A stretch of DNA of 64,000 nt, from assembly GCF_001194135.2 (NCBI RefSeq), contig NC_068982.1, forward strand, positions 38,302,868-38,366,867, written 5' to 3'. This document shows, piece after piece, positions 1 through 12,863 of this stretch (the stretch's first letter is position 1; every line of letters starts with the position of its first letter). This DNA comes from Octopus bimaculoides (lineage: Eukaryota). Both the position numbers and the translations under genes were made by a program. The notes below the pieces were generated by a model. The model saw nothing but the letters and a program-made list of their open reading frames with translations. It was not told the origin of the DNA and searched no databases.

Positions 1-249
1 GGAACAAAAAAGTAGCATCATGGATGCAAAGAAAAGTGGTACATAAAATATCATATAGTTATTTTTATGAATGTTTAGACAAAAGGGAAATAATGCCACA
101 AGTTAAGGCTAGCTTATAAGAATGATTGCAGACTTGTTCAATACAACTTTTAGTCTTTACCTTATAACTGAAATTCTTATTTTTAAAAATACTATAAACA
201 TCTATGATCAGGGCAATGCACAAGAATATACTTGTTATACCATTAGCAT

Positions 250-570
250 GTGAAGGCATGTGGCTTAGTGGTTATGGTATTTGGCTCATGATTATAAGGT
301 CATGAGTCAATTCCTGGTGATATGCTGTGTCCTTGAGCAAGACACTTTATTTCATGTTGTTCCAGTCCACTCAACTGGCAAAAATGAGTAGTACCTGTAT
401 TTCAAAGGGCCAGCCTTGTCACACTCTGTGCCATGCCGAATCTCCCTGTGAACTACATCGAGAGTACATGAGTCAATGGAGCACTCATCCACATGCATGA
501 GCAGGCTGTTAGTTTTATGAGCAGGCTGTTCTATTGATCAGATCAACTGGAACCCCCTAGAGTGTACCAT
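250..570 (+). mobile_element. tRNA-derived CORE-type SINE
   Basis: tRNA-like head with A box (tggcttagtggtta) and a degenerate B box, followed by CORE-like tgtgtccttgagcaagacactttatttc..ccagtccactcaactggc. Close copy at 52071-52396. Confidence 0.8.
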
Positions 571-689
571 TAGCATGCATTGAACTGAGAAAGTTTTGTG
601 ACTTTGCATGCTTTTATCTAAATAACAGTTTAATGACCAATGTGGATGGTATCTCACATTTGTTATTTTATCAATAACTATATTACAGT

Positions 690-865
690 AAGGTAGTGAG
701 CTGGTAGAGTCATTACCACACCAGGGAAAATGCTTAGCATTTTTTCTGACTTTGCATTCCGAGTTCAAATGCCACTAGGATCAACATTGCATTTCATCCT
801 TTCAGGGTTAATAAAATAAGTGTCTCCTCTGAAATTGCTGGCTTTGCCCCAAAATTTGAAATCGA
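690..865 (+). mobile_element. SINE (octopus-type gagctggcagaatcgttagc family), degenerate
   Basis: Matches the family consensus seen repeatedly in this window (gagctgg..gttcaaat..tttcatcctttc..ataaaataag). Confidence 0.75.
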
Positions 866-1106
866 TATTTATGTTACTGATTGCAAAAAATTTCACACTT
901 TAGTATATATATATACATATATATCATTTACCTTGACTGACAAGTTATGGAACAGCTGTGCATCTTCTGAAGAGCCTCATGAGTAGAAAAGTGTACTTGG
1001 ATTATCTTCTGCTATTTTTTGATGCAAGTAACATTGGCTATCCACAATTTTTCTTTGCTACACATTTGAAATAGACTTCAAATTTCTAATATATTAATAA
1101 TTAAAT

Positions 1107-1320
1107 AAGGCGATGAGCTGGCAGAATTGTTAGCACACCAGGCAAAATGCTTGACAGCATTTCATCCATTTTTGTATTCTGTATTCAAATTCTGCCAAGG
1201 TGGACTTTACCTTTCATCCTTTCAAGGTTGATAAAATAAGTACCAGTTGAGCACTGGGATCAATGTAATTGACTTACCTCCACCCCAAAATTGCTGGCCT
1301 TGTGCCAAAATTTGAATCCA
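1107..1320 (+). mobile_element. SINE, same family
   Basis: aaggcgatgagctggcagaattgttagcac...aagtaccagttgagcactggg...ccttgtgccaaaatttgaa. Confidence 0.8.
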
Positions 1321-1724
1321 ATATTTTAATAATTAAATAAGTTTAAAAGCAAGCTTCAATCCCACAGGCTGGATGTTAGAATATATTCAGATTTTCAAGG
1401 CATAAAAGCTGGAATTGCAAGACTTAAACCCTTAAATAGGATGACAGTCCATCATTGAGTTAATCCCAGGTGCCAGTGTTACTCATTTAAAGCTAAATAT
1501 ACTGCAGCAACATAAAATAAAGTGCCTTGCTCAAGGACTCAATGCACCACCCAGTTTAAGAACTAAACCTAGGACCTAACCATTTTAATCCCAACACATT
1601 AACAACTAGGCTAAGGACCTTCAATTTCTTACTATGGTTATGCAAAAAAATTTTAATTTCCTATATCGCAAAAGAGACTTCTTAACATATTTAATTCTTA
1701 ATGGTCATCTTTCTTCCTTTTTTT

Positions 1725-2052
1725 TTTTTGGCTTGTTTCAATCATTGGATTGCAGTTATGCCAGGGCACCACCTTGAATCGAACAGATTGACCCAAGCAT
1801 TTAATTTTTAATTTGCATTATTTTATCAGTCTTTTTTGCCAAACTATTAAGTAACAAACCAACACCGGTTATCAAGTAGTGGTGGGCAACTAACACAACA
1901 CAAATAAAAGACACACACACACACACGACAGGCTCCTCTCAGTTTCTGTCCACTCAAAGCTTTGGTCAGTCTGAAGCTATGGTAGAAGGCACTAGGCCAA
2001 GGTGGCATGCAATGGGATTGAACCTACAACTGACTTCTTACCACACAGCCAC
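1725..2052 (-). mobile_element. SINE with internal (CA)n (third family)
   Basis: Homologous to 51165-51510. The tRNA-like head is on the minus strand (rc of cttcttaccacacagccac). Confidence 0.7.
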
Positions 2053-3039
2053 ACCACCACCTTTGTCATGATTAGTAATAATTAAGAAGTTGAGAAACCT
2101 TTTCCAAAACTGGGTTTTTATTGATTGAAAGTCAAGAAATTTTAGTTAATTAAAATTATACTATTAGTTATGAGAAAATATCATTATCTAATTGACTGAC
2201 TTCAGAGCATGAAAATATATAAATAAATGAGTATCATGGGTGACAATTCCGAAACTCTGAAATCCTAATTCAATGAAGACTGGGTCTGATCATTGGCAGT
2301 ATGGTAGCAACTCCAGAAATGTTTAGAGAAATAGCTGTCATTTGCATTCCTCAGTGACCAAAGGAGCAAGTTAACATGAACACTTCTATCAAATGTGTTT
2401 GTGTTCCTTATCACATTGTAGAGAGCATAGATGGCTGAATCAACAGGGTTTGTGATAACCAGCAAAGAGATAAAATACTGAAACTGCTACTGCTTTCACT
2501 CCATGACTGAGACACTTAACTCTGAACAGTGTACCTATCACTAAGTGTGTATGACTGACAGATACAGATCACTATTGTGAGAATCAGCAGTGGTAGCTGC
2601 AGTAACAGTAACCCTGTGAACCTGTCAGCTGTTTCCTTAACTTCCAGCATTGTGTTCTGATACAACAAAGCAATAGGAAAGAAACTATTTGAAAGTATCT
2701 CCTCTTCCTCATATTACAGTGTGAATACAGAGTCAACAGATTCATAGAACTAAACATTACCATCATTACTGCGTTAAAATAGTATTGGAAAAGTTGAATC
2801 CCACAGATGGATGAGTAGAAAAGCTATGAAAACAGCTTGAAACAGAATACAAGAATAATAAATAGGCAATTATTATTGCTGTGTTAATATGCTTTCTTTT
2901 TCAGTAATCATACACATATCTTTACTACAAACACCGTCTATATTCTACTGCTAATGATTGTGTGTCTTATGTGTATGTCTATATTCCGCTATTTGTGAGT
3001 ACATATTGCTTATGTCATTTATGCATCAATGATCATATA

Positions 3040-3880
3040 TTTCAGCAAGCTCTAGATCCAAGGATGCATCATTTACAATATTTTTTACTTTGTCAAAGCA
3101 AAATCTTTGCTCAACATATGTTTCATTATCAAGTTTCTCCACATTGCATCTGGTACAAAACAAAATGGTCAGGAAGGCTAAAGATATTCTTGTTGGAAGC
3201 TGCAATCATTTTAGATTTGATTACCCTTTGGGAAGAGTCTATGCTGTTTATCCCAGTTAGCCAGGATGTTTCTATTTAAGGATATTCTTACATGAAGCCA
3301 GTAATCCCAAATCATTTCACCAATTTCAAATAGTAGATGGTAACATTTGCACTGCAAACAGGGACAAAATGTTTCAGGAAAAACCTGTTATAGAATGATG
3401 GTTAGTGGGAAGCAGCAATAATAGAAGCAATTGTTTCTCAATCATTTTGAAAACTGCAAAACCTTCTTGCAGTTCTACTGAAAACATGTGGACTGTCTTC
3501 TCCTAATGATCTGTGGTTAAAATTTAGGGAAGACCTATTTGACAATTGCCAACACTAAATATAGCAGCATGACTTCCATTGCTATTGAGGGTAAAGATTT
3601 TGGCAATGGATAGAGTTGCATTTCATAAATATGGTTGACCTCAGAGTAACCAATCTCAAGGGAAACAACCATAATTAAGATTCAATGTGAGCTCTGTTAC
3701 AATACTAATTCTCTGGTTCAAGTTATGATTGAAAGTGAGCCTTTGCAACTTAACAATCCAGAAGGAATCTTTGATACAAGCATATTTGGAATGGAAACAG
3801 AAAGAAAATGAAACATTCTATCTTGAGGTACTTGGAGAAATTAGAAAAAACATTTCTGATAAACCTTCAATATGGGTTGT
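3040..3880 (+). mobile_element. Helitron Rep/helicase remnant
   Basis: Hand translation across frameshifts gives FLLCQSKIFAQHMFHYQVSPHCIWYKTKWSGR, LGRVYAVYPS*PGCFYLR, LHEASNPKSFHQFQIVDGNIC, LLAVLLKTCGLSSPNDLWLKFREDL and FYLEVLGEIRK-TFLINL. These match Helitron RepHel motifs (GRVYTVHP, CFYLRLLL, FFLDAPGGTGKTFL Walker A) in the correct order. Confidence 0.75.
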
Positions 3881-4471
3881 GTGGTGCACCAGGTAGATCC
3901 AAGCATTGAAGATTAGATGGTTTAGTTTCTTTGGGGCATAAAACGGTATCTACAGACTTTTAGACACATTCACCACCATACAACTACTTATGTATTTGTT
4001 CATTGATAATCTTAACAGCCAATGAGGCTGTTAAGATTATGAATATATCTTTTACAGAAGCATTTATAATTGTGGTAGTTGTGTTGAATGTTGGAAAAGG
4101 TTTTATATCTTAGTTTGTTGATTGATGAAATTAATTCTCTAATGTCAACTGGAGATATTTCCCTTTTTTAATCAGGTAGCACAACCTTTCTTCATGTTCC
4201 ATAACTCATGTAGCAAATATTGATATCCATTAGATGGGTTAGGGTTAGGTTAGTTCTCATGTTTGTTTCCAGTTCAAGTTTCTTAATATGCTTTCACAAA
4301 TGCATGCCTTGTATTTCCTTTTTGACTTTCTGATGAAGTGTTTGCTTTGCATGTTGGTCCTATGAGGTGCAGTCACCGATTGTATCCCATCCATACTTTG
4401 ACATCATATGTTGCCAAATACTGAAACATATGTAATAGATACAATAAAGGAGTACCAAATCAAAATCTATG

Positions 4472-4472
<1 letters not shown>

Positions 4473-4540
<68 letters not shown>

Positions 4541-4558
4541 ACACTCTCTCTCTCTCTC
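4473..4558. repeat. (CT)n microsatellite
   Basis: Directly visible. Confidence 0.98.
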
Positions 4559-6014
4559 ATATATATATATATACAAACAACACACACATATTTGGCATAT
4601 ATTACTGAAAGATATAAAAAATAGCATGGAAACTACTTCCAATCAAAATATTTTGTGGTATTTATTTTGTTCAAGTTGCACAGAGGCTCCTTTGTCACTC
4701 TTTTGTAATGTTTGCTGTAAACCAGTGATTGGTCCATTAGAAAATTATGATGCTGGAACTAACAATAATTAGATCACATAAATAGAAGCATAAATAAACA
4801 GAACTTTCTGTCATTAAGGTTATTTTATAGATGCAGAATGGTTTTTCTGACTCTATTTATATTGAAATGTAAAGTAAATATTTATATATTGTCCAAGTTA
4901 TTAACAAATGTGTTGACTTGCAAAATATTCACTTATTATTGAAAAAATACCAAAGCACAACAAAAATAATTGCTTATGATTTTAATAGAACATAAGATTA
5001 TTTGTAGCAATTTTGTGTTTAACAACATTTTAGTTCCATTGTTCTCAGGTGTGTTATTTTAGCCAATCAGAGACCAGTTGTCAGGAAGCCACTTTTGCCT
5101 ACTTGAACAGAAGCAAAATTGTTCTACATCTTTAACTTACTCTTAGTTATCTTCGACAACCATGGATAAACATTCTCCTTTCTCTCTTTTACTCTTATTG
5201 AGATAGTGGTTAGCTATTTGTCACTGCCTCAACAGAATACCTTCTACCTGTTTTATAACATACACATTATCTGTGCTTACCTTTATTGCATTCAATTATC
5301 CAATTTCTTTAATACTTTCTGCAACACCTTATTCAGATAAATGACTTTGTAAAATGAAAAAGTGCACATATTTTCATAAGACAATAAGTGCATCAACCTT
5401 ATCATTGATACTGTGTATCCAAGCTTGTTATTTTTTAATTGTATTTTCTATGTTATATTCTATGTTATTTTCTGTTACATTCAATTGTATTTTCTATGTT
5501 ACATTCTGAGTTCTGTCCTGTTTCAAATCTGTACTTACAAACTATATATTGTGTAATCATCATTGAATTAGTTGAACAACCAGCTTAGAAGAGGTCTATT
5601 TTCTGTTAGTACATAAGAAATAAAGGAAGCAGTAATATATATAATGTTATCACTGTCATATATATATTCTATATATATTCTCATTCATCAACAGAACCTT
5701 CAAAACAGTAAATAAATCAGGAACTTTATATATAGCAATAAAAAATATCACTTAATTTAAATATCAAAAACTAAATCAGTGGCTCATGAGTTCATATGGA
5801 GAAGACTGGAATCCATTACCAGGAATTTGATATTACTTGAGGTAATCACCAGTGTGAGACAAATGTTTAATTGTAATTGTATTCTTCAGCATCTCCTTCT
5901 TACTAGTGATGTATCTCCTTAGTAAGGAAGACAAATCTCAAACCATAATGATCAAACTCAAGTTGGACAGGAATATATTTATTAACAAAAAACATTAATT
6001 TATAGATATTACTA

Positions 6015-6460
6015 ATAATACTTTCTGCTATAGGCACAAGGCTTGAAATTTCAAGAAGGGAACTAGTCGATTACATCAACCCCAATGTACAACTGGTACT
6101 TATTTCATTAACCTTGAAAAAATAAGAGGCAAAGTTGACCCCAGTGGAATTTGAACTTAGAACATAAAAATGGATGAAATACTGCTAAGTAGTTCATCTA
6201 GTGTGATAGCAATTCTGCCTTTATAAATATTACTAATAATCTTTTCTACTATAAGCACAAGGCCTGAAATTTGAGGGGAGGAGGCAAATCGATTACATTG
6301 ACCCCAGTGCATAATTGGTATTTATTTCATCAACCCTAACCTAAAAGAATAAAAAGCAAAGTCAATCTTGGTAGAATTTGAACTCAGAACATAAAGGCAG
6401 ATAAAATGCTGTCAAATGTTTTTACCCAGCGTGCTAACAATTCTGCCAGCTCACTGCCTT
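6015..6460 (-). mobile_element. Two tandem SINE copies
   Basis: Two successive copies, each running ctttctactataggcacaagg...gaatttgaactcagaacat...aattctgcc. Confidence 0.75.
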
Positions 6461-7917
6461 AAATATTACAAATAATGATAATAATAAACACTATTGTACT
6501 CTGAATGTTAGCTTAAATACTGCACTATCAATTACTGTAACCTGTGATATATATATCTGAAGCATTTCAGGCAACATTCATGTCAGGAGTTTAATTATAT
6601 AACCTAATGTGAAGCTAGTGATTATAAAGATGATAATGGTTTTTGTGTCATGTATTCTTATTGCATTTATTGTATCTCATCCATTAGGCCCTGCACCAAA
6701 CATTTCTCTTTGTCTTTCCTCTCTAGAACTCTAACACACTTTACTTCTTCGTCAGTCCATGTCTTTCTCACTGGTGTCAACTGACAGCTGTTCAAACTGA
6801 ACATCAGGCACATCATTCTCACCAGTGAGAGAGGACTTGTAAAAGGTCATGGACTTACCTGCAAAGTCTATGACCATTACAAAAAACAAAACAAAACAAA
6901 AATCATTAATTTAGAAATTATACACATTTACATCATAAATATTTGTTTTTGGTATTAACATGTAACAAAATCTAAATTAGGGTAGGCAAAGCAAAGCAGG
7001 AAGATATAGCAATCATTCCAAAGAACGTAACAGGATAACAAGAGATTTTAGATTGAAACTCAATCCCCAAAGACCAAAAAACATATCAAATTTTGCAACA
7101 ACACATTGGAAATAGTATCTTAAATTATACTTTAGATGTAATGTAAAGTCATAAGGAAATTGTACTGTCTTTTGATGAATTTGGAAGTGGTTATAAATAT
7201 TATAAAATTTAGCTGATATAGAAATACTTTAACTCAATCTTATTCCTAACTTGTAATATCACTGAAGACATGCAGGGATTCAGGAGATGAGATTTAGCAC
7301 CCATTTATTTGTGACAAACTGGTTTATTGGGAGTTAAATAGGGCAGTATCTGAATATAAATTGTCAGCATTTGGCTAGCTGCTTTTCTCTCTTTTACTGT
7401 TCAGCATTATATTTTCAAATGTCAAAATATTGAACAGTAGTGGATTGTCTTGCTTATTTGCATTGGCTTTATGTTGACCTTGCAAAGTGTTAAAGAATTG
7501 ATTTTAGCTCTGGTACAAATAATAGTATCGCACACATAAGGCATCATTTAAACATTAAACATTAAAGGCTACTTTGCATATGAATACTAAACACAATATG
7601 ACTTGCACAGAAAATTTAAAGTTTTTAGTTGTAATTATCAACAGGAAATTTCTCATAAATTACTTTTAAAAGTTAAAGCAGTGAATTGGCTGATTTATTA
7701 GAGAATCAGATAGAATGCTTTGTGGAATTTGTTCTGGCTCTCTGTACTTTGATTTTAAATGCTGCTCAAGTCAACGTTGCCTTTCATCCTTCTTGCTCAT
7801 AAATAAAGGACCAGCTATGCATTGGAATTGATTCTTCTTTCTTTTTCTTTCAAAGAAATTGATTATAATACAGTTCTATATTTAAGAGATGAAGAATTAT
7901 GTACATTATTTACATTA

Positions 7918-8066
7918 TTTACATTTGACGGATATTTGTCTTCATCTTGTTTGTTGTTAACACAACGTTTCGGATGATATACCCTCCAGCCTTCATGGAG
8001 CGTATATCAGCCGAAATGTTGTGCTAACAAGAAACAAGATGAGGACAAATATCCGTCAAATGTAAA
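7918..8066. repeat. Long palindrome made of two inverted Penelope-like terminal segments
   Basis: Arm 7918-7988 is the near-perfect reverse complement of arm 7996-8066, with a 7-nt spacer. It contains ccgaaacgttg-type PLE terminal motifs. Confidence 0.8.
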
Positions 8067-8559
8067 GAAATTGGTCATGTTGTGCCATGAGAAGGATTGT
8101 TGGGGAATACCCACAAGGCCCTTCCTAAATGAATAGAGAAGGGTTGAATGAGAGGTTAGTGACCTTTTCTCATAAAAAAATGCTGATACAGTACTGGAAC
8201 TACCCAAGGACAGACTAGTGCACAATGTAAAGGAATTAAAGAAGAGAAAAGTTTGTGTCCAATCATCAGCACCTCATTGTATCCAAGACTTATGGCATTA
8301 CAGTTCAACAAAGTAAATAATTAAGAGCAGCCTATAGAGCAACTAGAAATAATGAAGTAGAATTATTTTATGGCTCTAAGCTGCAGAAACATTGAAAAAT
8401 TGATGAGTCCTTTAGTAGCTCCCAGTTTTGAAAACAAGCCCTCTTGCTATCATGATAGATGTACTTGAAAGGCAATTCTACTTTTAACTCCAGAGTAGAA
8501 AAAGCTTTAGTTAGACTATTATTAGGTATTTAACATTGATTAGAAATTCTAAGGCTGTG

Positions 8560-8765
8560 CACTGTCAGAGTTGTTAGCACTTCATGAAAAATGCTTAGTG
8601 GCATTTTGTCTGTCTACTTTCTGAGTTCAAATTCTGCTGAGGTTGACTTTGCCTTTCTTTTCAGGGTTGGTGGGTCAATAAAATAAGTACCAACTGAGTA
8701 CTGGGGTCGATGTAATCGACTTAACTCTTCCTCTTGCTGGTCTTGTGCAGAAATTTGAAACCAAT
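8560..8765 (+). mobile_element. SINE
   Basis: gagttgttagcac...ttctgagttcaaattctgc...aagtaccaactgagtactggggtcgatgtaatcgac. Confidence 0.75.
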
Positions 8766-9849
8766 ATTCTAATGAATCTCAAAATGTGCAGAGAGGCATA
8801 GAACAAGGGGAAATCTAATTTAAGTTTAGGTAGCAAGATCGTTTTGATTACTAGTTGAAGTTAATTCCTTTCAACTATTTTCGTGGGATAATCAGTGAAG
8901 GAGGGTGAAGTGAAAAAAGGTACTTTTGGAGCACCATTAATGAGTTGTTGTGTAACCCTAAGCCAGACTTCATTGAGTAGTTCTATGGTATAAAAGTAGT
9001 TGGTTGAATGAAGAGGAGTGACTGACTGACTCACTTCTATTATATCATACCTCTGCCTAGCAGAAGACCAGACAACAGACAGTGATAGGTTGTATGAAAC
9101 AGTTTGACATTTGAGACAATTGTATTATCTCCACAGTTCAATTTATTTCAGTATGCGCACAAATTCTGGTAGTGGCCGTAGTGGAGGTAGGCAAAATGGA
9201 CTCTGTTAGGTTGCAACAGTTTCTTCTTCACTGCACTTTTTTTTGCTGGTGTGTATTCCACCATAGTATTTGGGATTGGTGAGGTTGTTGATGTTACAGC
9301 TTTTTCTCTATGTGTGTGTTTCTTGTGTTTAACTGAGCTAAGTAGAAGAGATGGCAATGTTCTTAGGATGTTGTTGTAATAGTGCTCTGGAATGTTACAT
9401 ATGTGTGTGGATGTTTAGAGATTAGTGGATGGGTGGAACTGTTTGAGAGTCAGCAGAAATACCTGGCAGTATCAGTCCTGGCTCTTTGCATTCTCATAAC
9501 AATACCTGAGACTATTATGCATTCTCATAACAATACCTGGCATTAAGTTGTATTGGCCCAAGTCAGCAGTCTTTCTCTTACGTAAACATCAGTGGTGTGA
9601 AGAGAGAAGAGTTGTAAGCATGTGCAACTGCCAGCCATCCTCAAAAAATCTTGGCCAGGTCTGTGCATACATGTATAGGTATGTGGTCATCCTTGACTGA
9701 TCAAGATCCTAATAAGAGAAAGTCATGTAAATATAAGTTGAAAAGTGTTGTTTAGAGGAAGAATACACATGTTCAGGAAGTGTTGCTCCTATATATTGCA
9801 TAAGCTTGGAGGCCTAGCAAGTAGTTTCCTATCCAGCATCTTGTGTTGT

Positions 9850-10150
9850 TTCTTAAGGTAAAGTTTCGAAAATTTTGTATAAGTGGGTAATAGAAAATGA
9901 AGTCAACAGATTTTTCAGAAATCGATGATAGTAAGAACTGTAAATGTGGAAGTGTTTAGTGATAAAAAATAATCTTGTATTTTCTGTGTTAGGATTGTGA
10001 GCAGTCTTGTGACTCTGAATGTAGCAATCTGAATTCAAGTTTTCAGTTTGAAAGAGAAATATATAGGTTATTGTTATTAAAGGTTAATCTTCTTTTGAAA
10101 TTTTGAGGATGCACGTAAGAGTATGGCAGATTTATATGATGTTACTTGGG
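9850..10150 (-). mobile_element. Possible Penelope-like RT-thumb remnant
   Basis: Minus-strand NSDCYIQSHKTAHNPNT loosely resembles PLE thumb motifs (xxLYIHxxSAHNP). Very degenerate. Confidence 0.25.
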
Positions 10151-10339
10151 TTTTTGTTGGGGTATAAAATGGTATTAATTTTGCTCAGCTTCCAGATTCT
10201 GGAAATTTCAGTGTTGATACAAGTAGTAGCTGTTGTTGTTTAACATTAGGTCACCTTTGATCAAACAGGCCTATGAATAAAGGTATTCCAATCATGACCA
10301 TCTCGTCGTTTTAAAGGTATGCAGGTCTGTGAGAGAAAC

Positions 10340-11260
10340 CTATATTCCCTTAATTTCTAGCAGGTCAAACGACCACATAAGAGTAGTCGCCTTTTGTCAC
10401 ACTCGCTTTTCCATAGTTCGCTTCTTAGAGAGAGCTGCGGTCCTGGATCAAGCGTAGACTAAGGGAAGGCACCTGACAACTAGGGTGTCATTAGACGTTC
10501 ACAACCCTCAACCAGTCGGACAAAGCAGGCGGTGGAAGTTCTATTTTGACATTCTGTAGAGAGTTAGTGGCGGGCAAGATCGATAATGTTCTCAGGAAGA
10601 CTCTGGGCGTCAATGAAAATCAGACGGTAGGTATGTTCTGGAAGACTTTCGGAGCATAGGGGGTATTTCCAAACATCACTGGTCCGGCAGTGCTAACGGG
10701 GAATATTATCGGTTCGAGACAAACTTTATATACATGGAAATGCCGCCAGCCGAGCCTGCCCGAGATGCATGCAGAGCAACAAAACTGTTGTGCACGCATT
10801 TGTTTAGTGCTCGATCATTGCTGACTTGAGAGGAATTATGTCGAACAACTGCTGTCGCATGTAGGACGGATCCAGTCAACTGAGTTCACCGTGAAAATTA
10901 TCTCACCGCTTTCCTCTAGGATGGAAGGACAATCAGTCTTTATTTGTCTGGAAGCGTCAACGAAAGAGGTTTTGTGGTGAACCAGACTGAAAATGCCGAA
11001 GAAAGACATCTTCCTCTTTGGAAAGAAAAATGAGGCTGGAGAAGAAAGTGCTGCCTTTACACAAATTTGTTAAAAGGTAGATGAGAGTGGCAAGGATGGT
11101 CGAAGTGAATGGGTCTGCTCTGTGCATGCGTCTGTAGACTGGGAGAGGTGGCTAATGAAAGGCACTTTCCCTAGTGATCAAGGTGACCATGGTTTTGTAG
11201 GTTTTTCCCATGATCAGCTTTCGGAAGACTCCCATTCCATTATTGGGAAATTATTTCTTG
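10340..11260 (+). mobile_element. L1/Tx1-clade LINE ORF2 3' fragment (zf-RVT)
   Basis: LVRQC*RGILSVRDKLYIHGNAASRACPRCMQSNKTVVHAFV*CS is the C-terminal CCHC finger (CPxCxxxxETxxHxxxxC), followed by VFICLEASTKEVLW*TRLK. Confidence 0.75.
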
Positions 11261-12039
11261 TTTAAATTTTTTCTTCGTTTCCGTTACACACTTTTATGTA
11301 TAAATGATTATTGCTGTTGTTGTTAGTATTGTTATTGTTAAAAAGTAGGGCACAATTTGCAGCAGGTCACTGCCTCGATTCAAGCCACCTCGCTTGGATT
11401 TCCAGTAACGAGCCATAGTCTACTCACATAGCCATAAAAGTTATGACCAGCACATTCAGAGAACAGAACACTCACCGGCCAACCAACATTAGTTGGCGTG
11501 TTTCAGATAACGGTGGCAAACATCAAACGGCGATTCTATAAGCTTTCCACGAATATGCAATTCGAAGGTTCTGGAAGATTTTACTTGAGATTATATAAAT
11601 TAACGATTAGGACCCCATATCAGAGTTACTCCGATTCCACATGGAGCCTTGTTATTTTGTTCAGCGTGATGTGTTCTCATCTCTTTCTACTTATGCTAAG
11701 AATACATGTTTGACAAAAGGTTAGTTTACCTTTGTGTTTTAATCTCGAGATCCATTATCTTATTATTTTCTCTATATTTCTTCAACAATATAAGACACCT
11801 GCAACATAACAAACTTAACGAGATCATTCTCTACATCTTCCATGTTGCAAATCTTCAAATATTACCTACAGACACACTGAAATGTAATCAGCATTATATA
11901 AATAGAATTATATACGTATGTAGGACGTAAACAGTTAAACGTAATAAATGTATGGAAATATATATTTGATTGTATGGAATTTTTTGTCCACAAATGCAGC
12001 CTTTTATCTCATTGCTTATTATCAACGATATAATAATTC

Positions 12040-12252
12040 TTTCTGCTATAAGTACAAGGCCTGAAATTTTGAGGAAGCCGACTGCTCAGTTACATCGGTC
12101 CCAGTACTTAACTGGCATTTATTTTATTGATACGGACAGGAGGAAAGGCAAAGTTAGCCTCGATGGAATTTGAACTAAGAACATAAAACCGGAAAAAATG
12201 CCGCTAAGTATGCTGTCCGGCGTGTTAACGATTCCGCCAATTCTCCGCCTTA
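12040..12252 (-). mobile_element. SINE
   Basis: Reverse-complement match to the SINE family consensus. Confidence 0.7.
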
Positions 12253-12306
12253 GACACAATAATAACTGACTTCCTCCCACCCGCCACAGTGCTTTACGGT
12301 ATTTTA

Positions 12307-12863
12307 GGATCTTTTTTTAAAACGGGGGCCACATTTTTCATTAACGAAACACTTTGAAACTTGGAACACTGGTAGAATGTGTCATATAAAACATCTTTTT
12401 CTCTTAGTCATCTTAAAAAANNNNNNNNNNCAACCAATCACTGACGTCCATTCAGCCGATATACATTAAGTGCCGACTACATAAACAAACGATTCTGAAA
12501 CAATTAACCCTAACCCTAACCCTAACTCTAACCCTAACCCTAACCCTAGGGTTAGGGTTAGGGTTAGGGTTAAAGCAAATTTAAAATGAAAAAAGCAAAT
12601 AAAACGAAGGTATGGAGATTAAATACGCTTTACATCGTTTAATGAGCCAAAGGAGTAAATGTAAACAACTGAATACTTGTCAGTGATTGGTTGAAATTAT
12701 CGAAATAAGACAATTTTTTACTTGAAATAAATTCGGATACAAAAATATTTTTCTGTTCTATAACACAAAATAGATAAGTATACGAAGTTTGAAAGTCTTT
12801 CGGTACCAAAAACACTACGTAAATCATTAATGAAAAATGTGGCCCCCGTTTTAAAAAAGATCC
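12307..12863. mobile_element. MITE with about 37-bp TIRs and 8-bp TSD (GTATTTTA)
   Basis: TIRs ggatc(t)nttttaaaacgggggccacatttttcattaa at 12307-12344 and 12827-12863. TSD gtatttta at 12299-12306 and 12864-12871. The joined flanks reconstitute a SINE copy. Confidence 0.9.
12505..12572. repeat. Interstitial telomeric repeat, palindromic (TAACCC)7-TA-(GGGTTA)4
   Basis: Directly visible; one unit is taactc. Confidence 0.95.

Noticed and set aside
2230-2790. LINE endonuclease remnant or host exon on the minus strand
   Set aside because: Only vague motif resemblance (FYESVD, LVITN) with stops in all frames, so it cannot be assigned.
12505-12572. Ancestral telomere-telomere fusion site
   Set aside because: The orientation is opposite to a fusion, and the array lies inside a TSD-flanked MITE.
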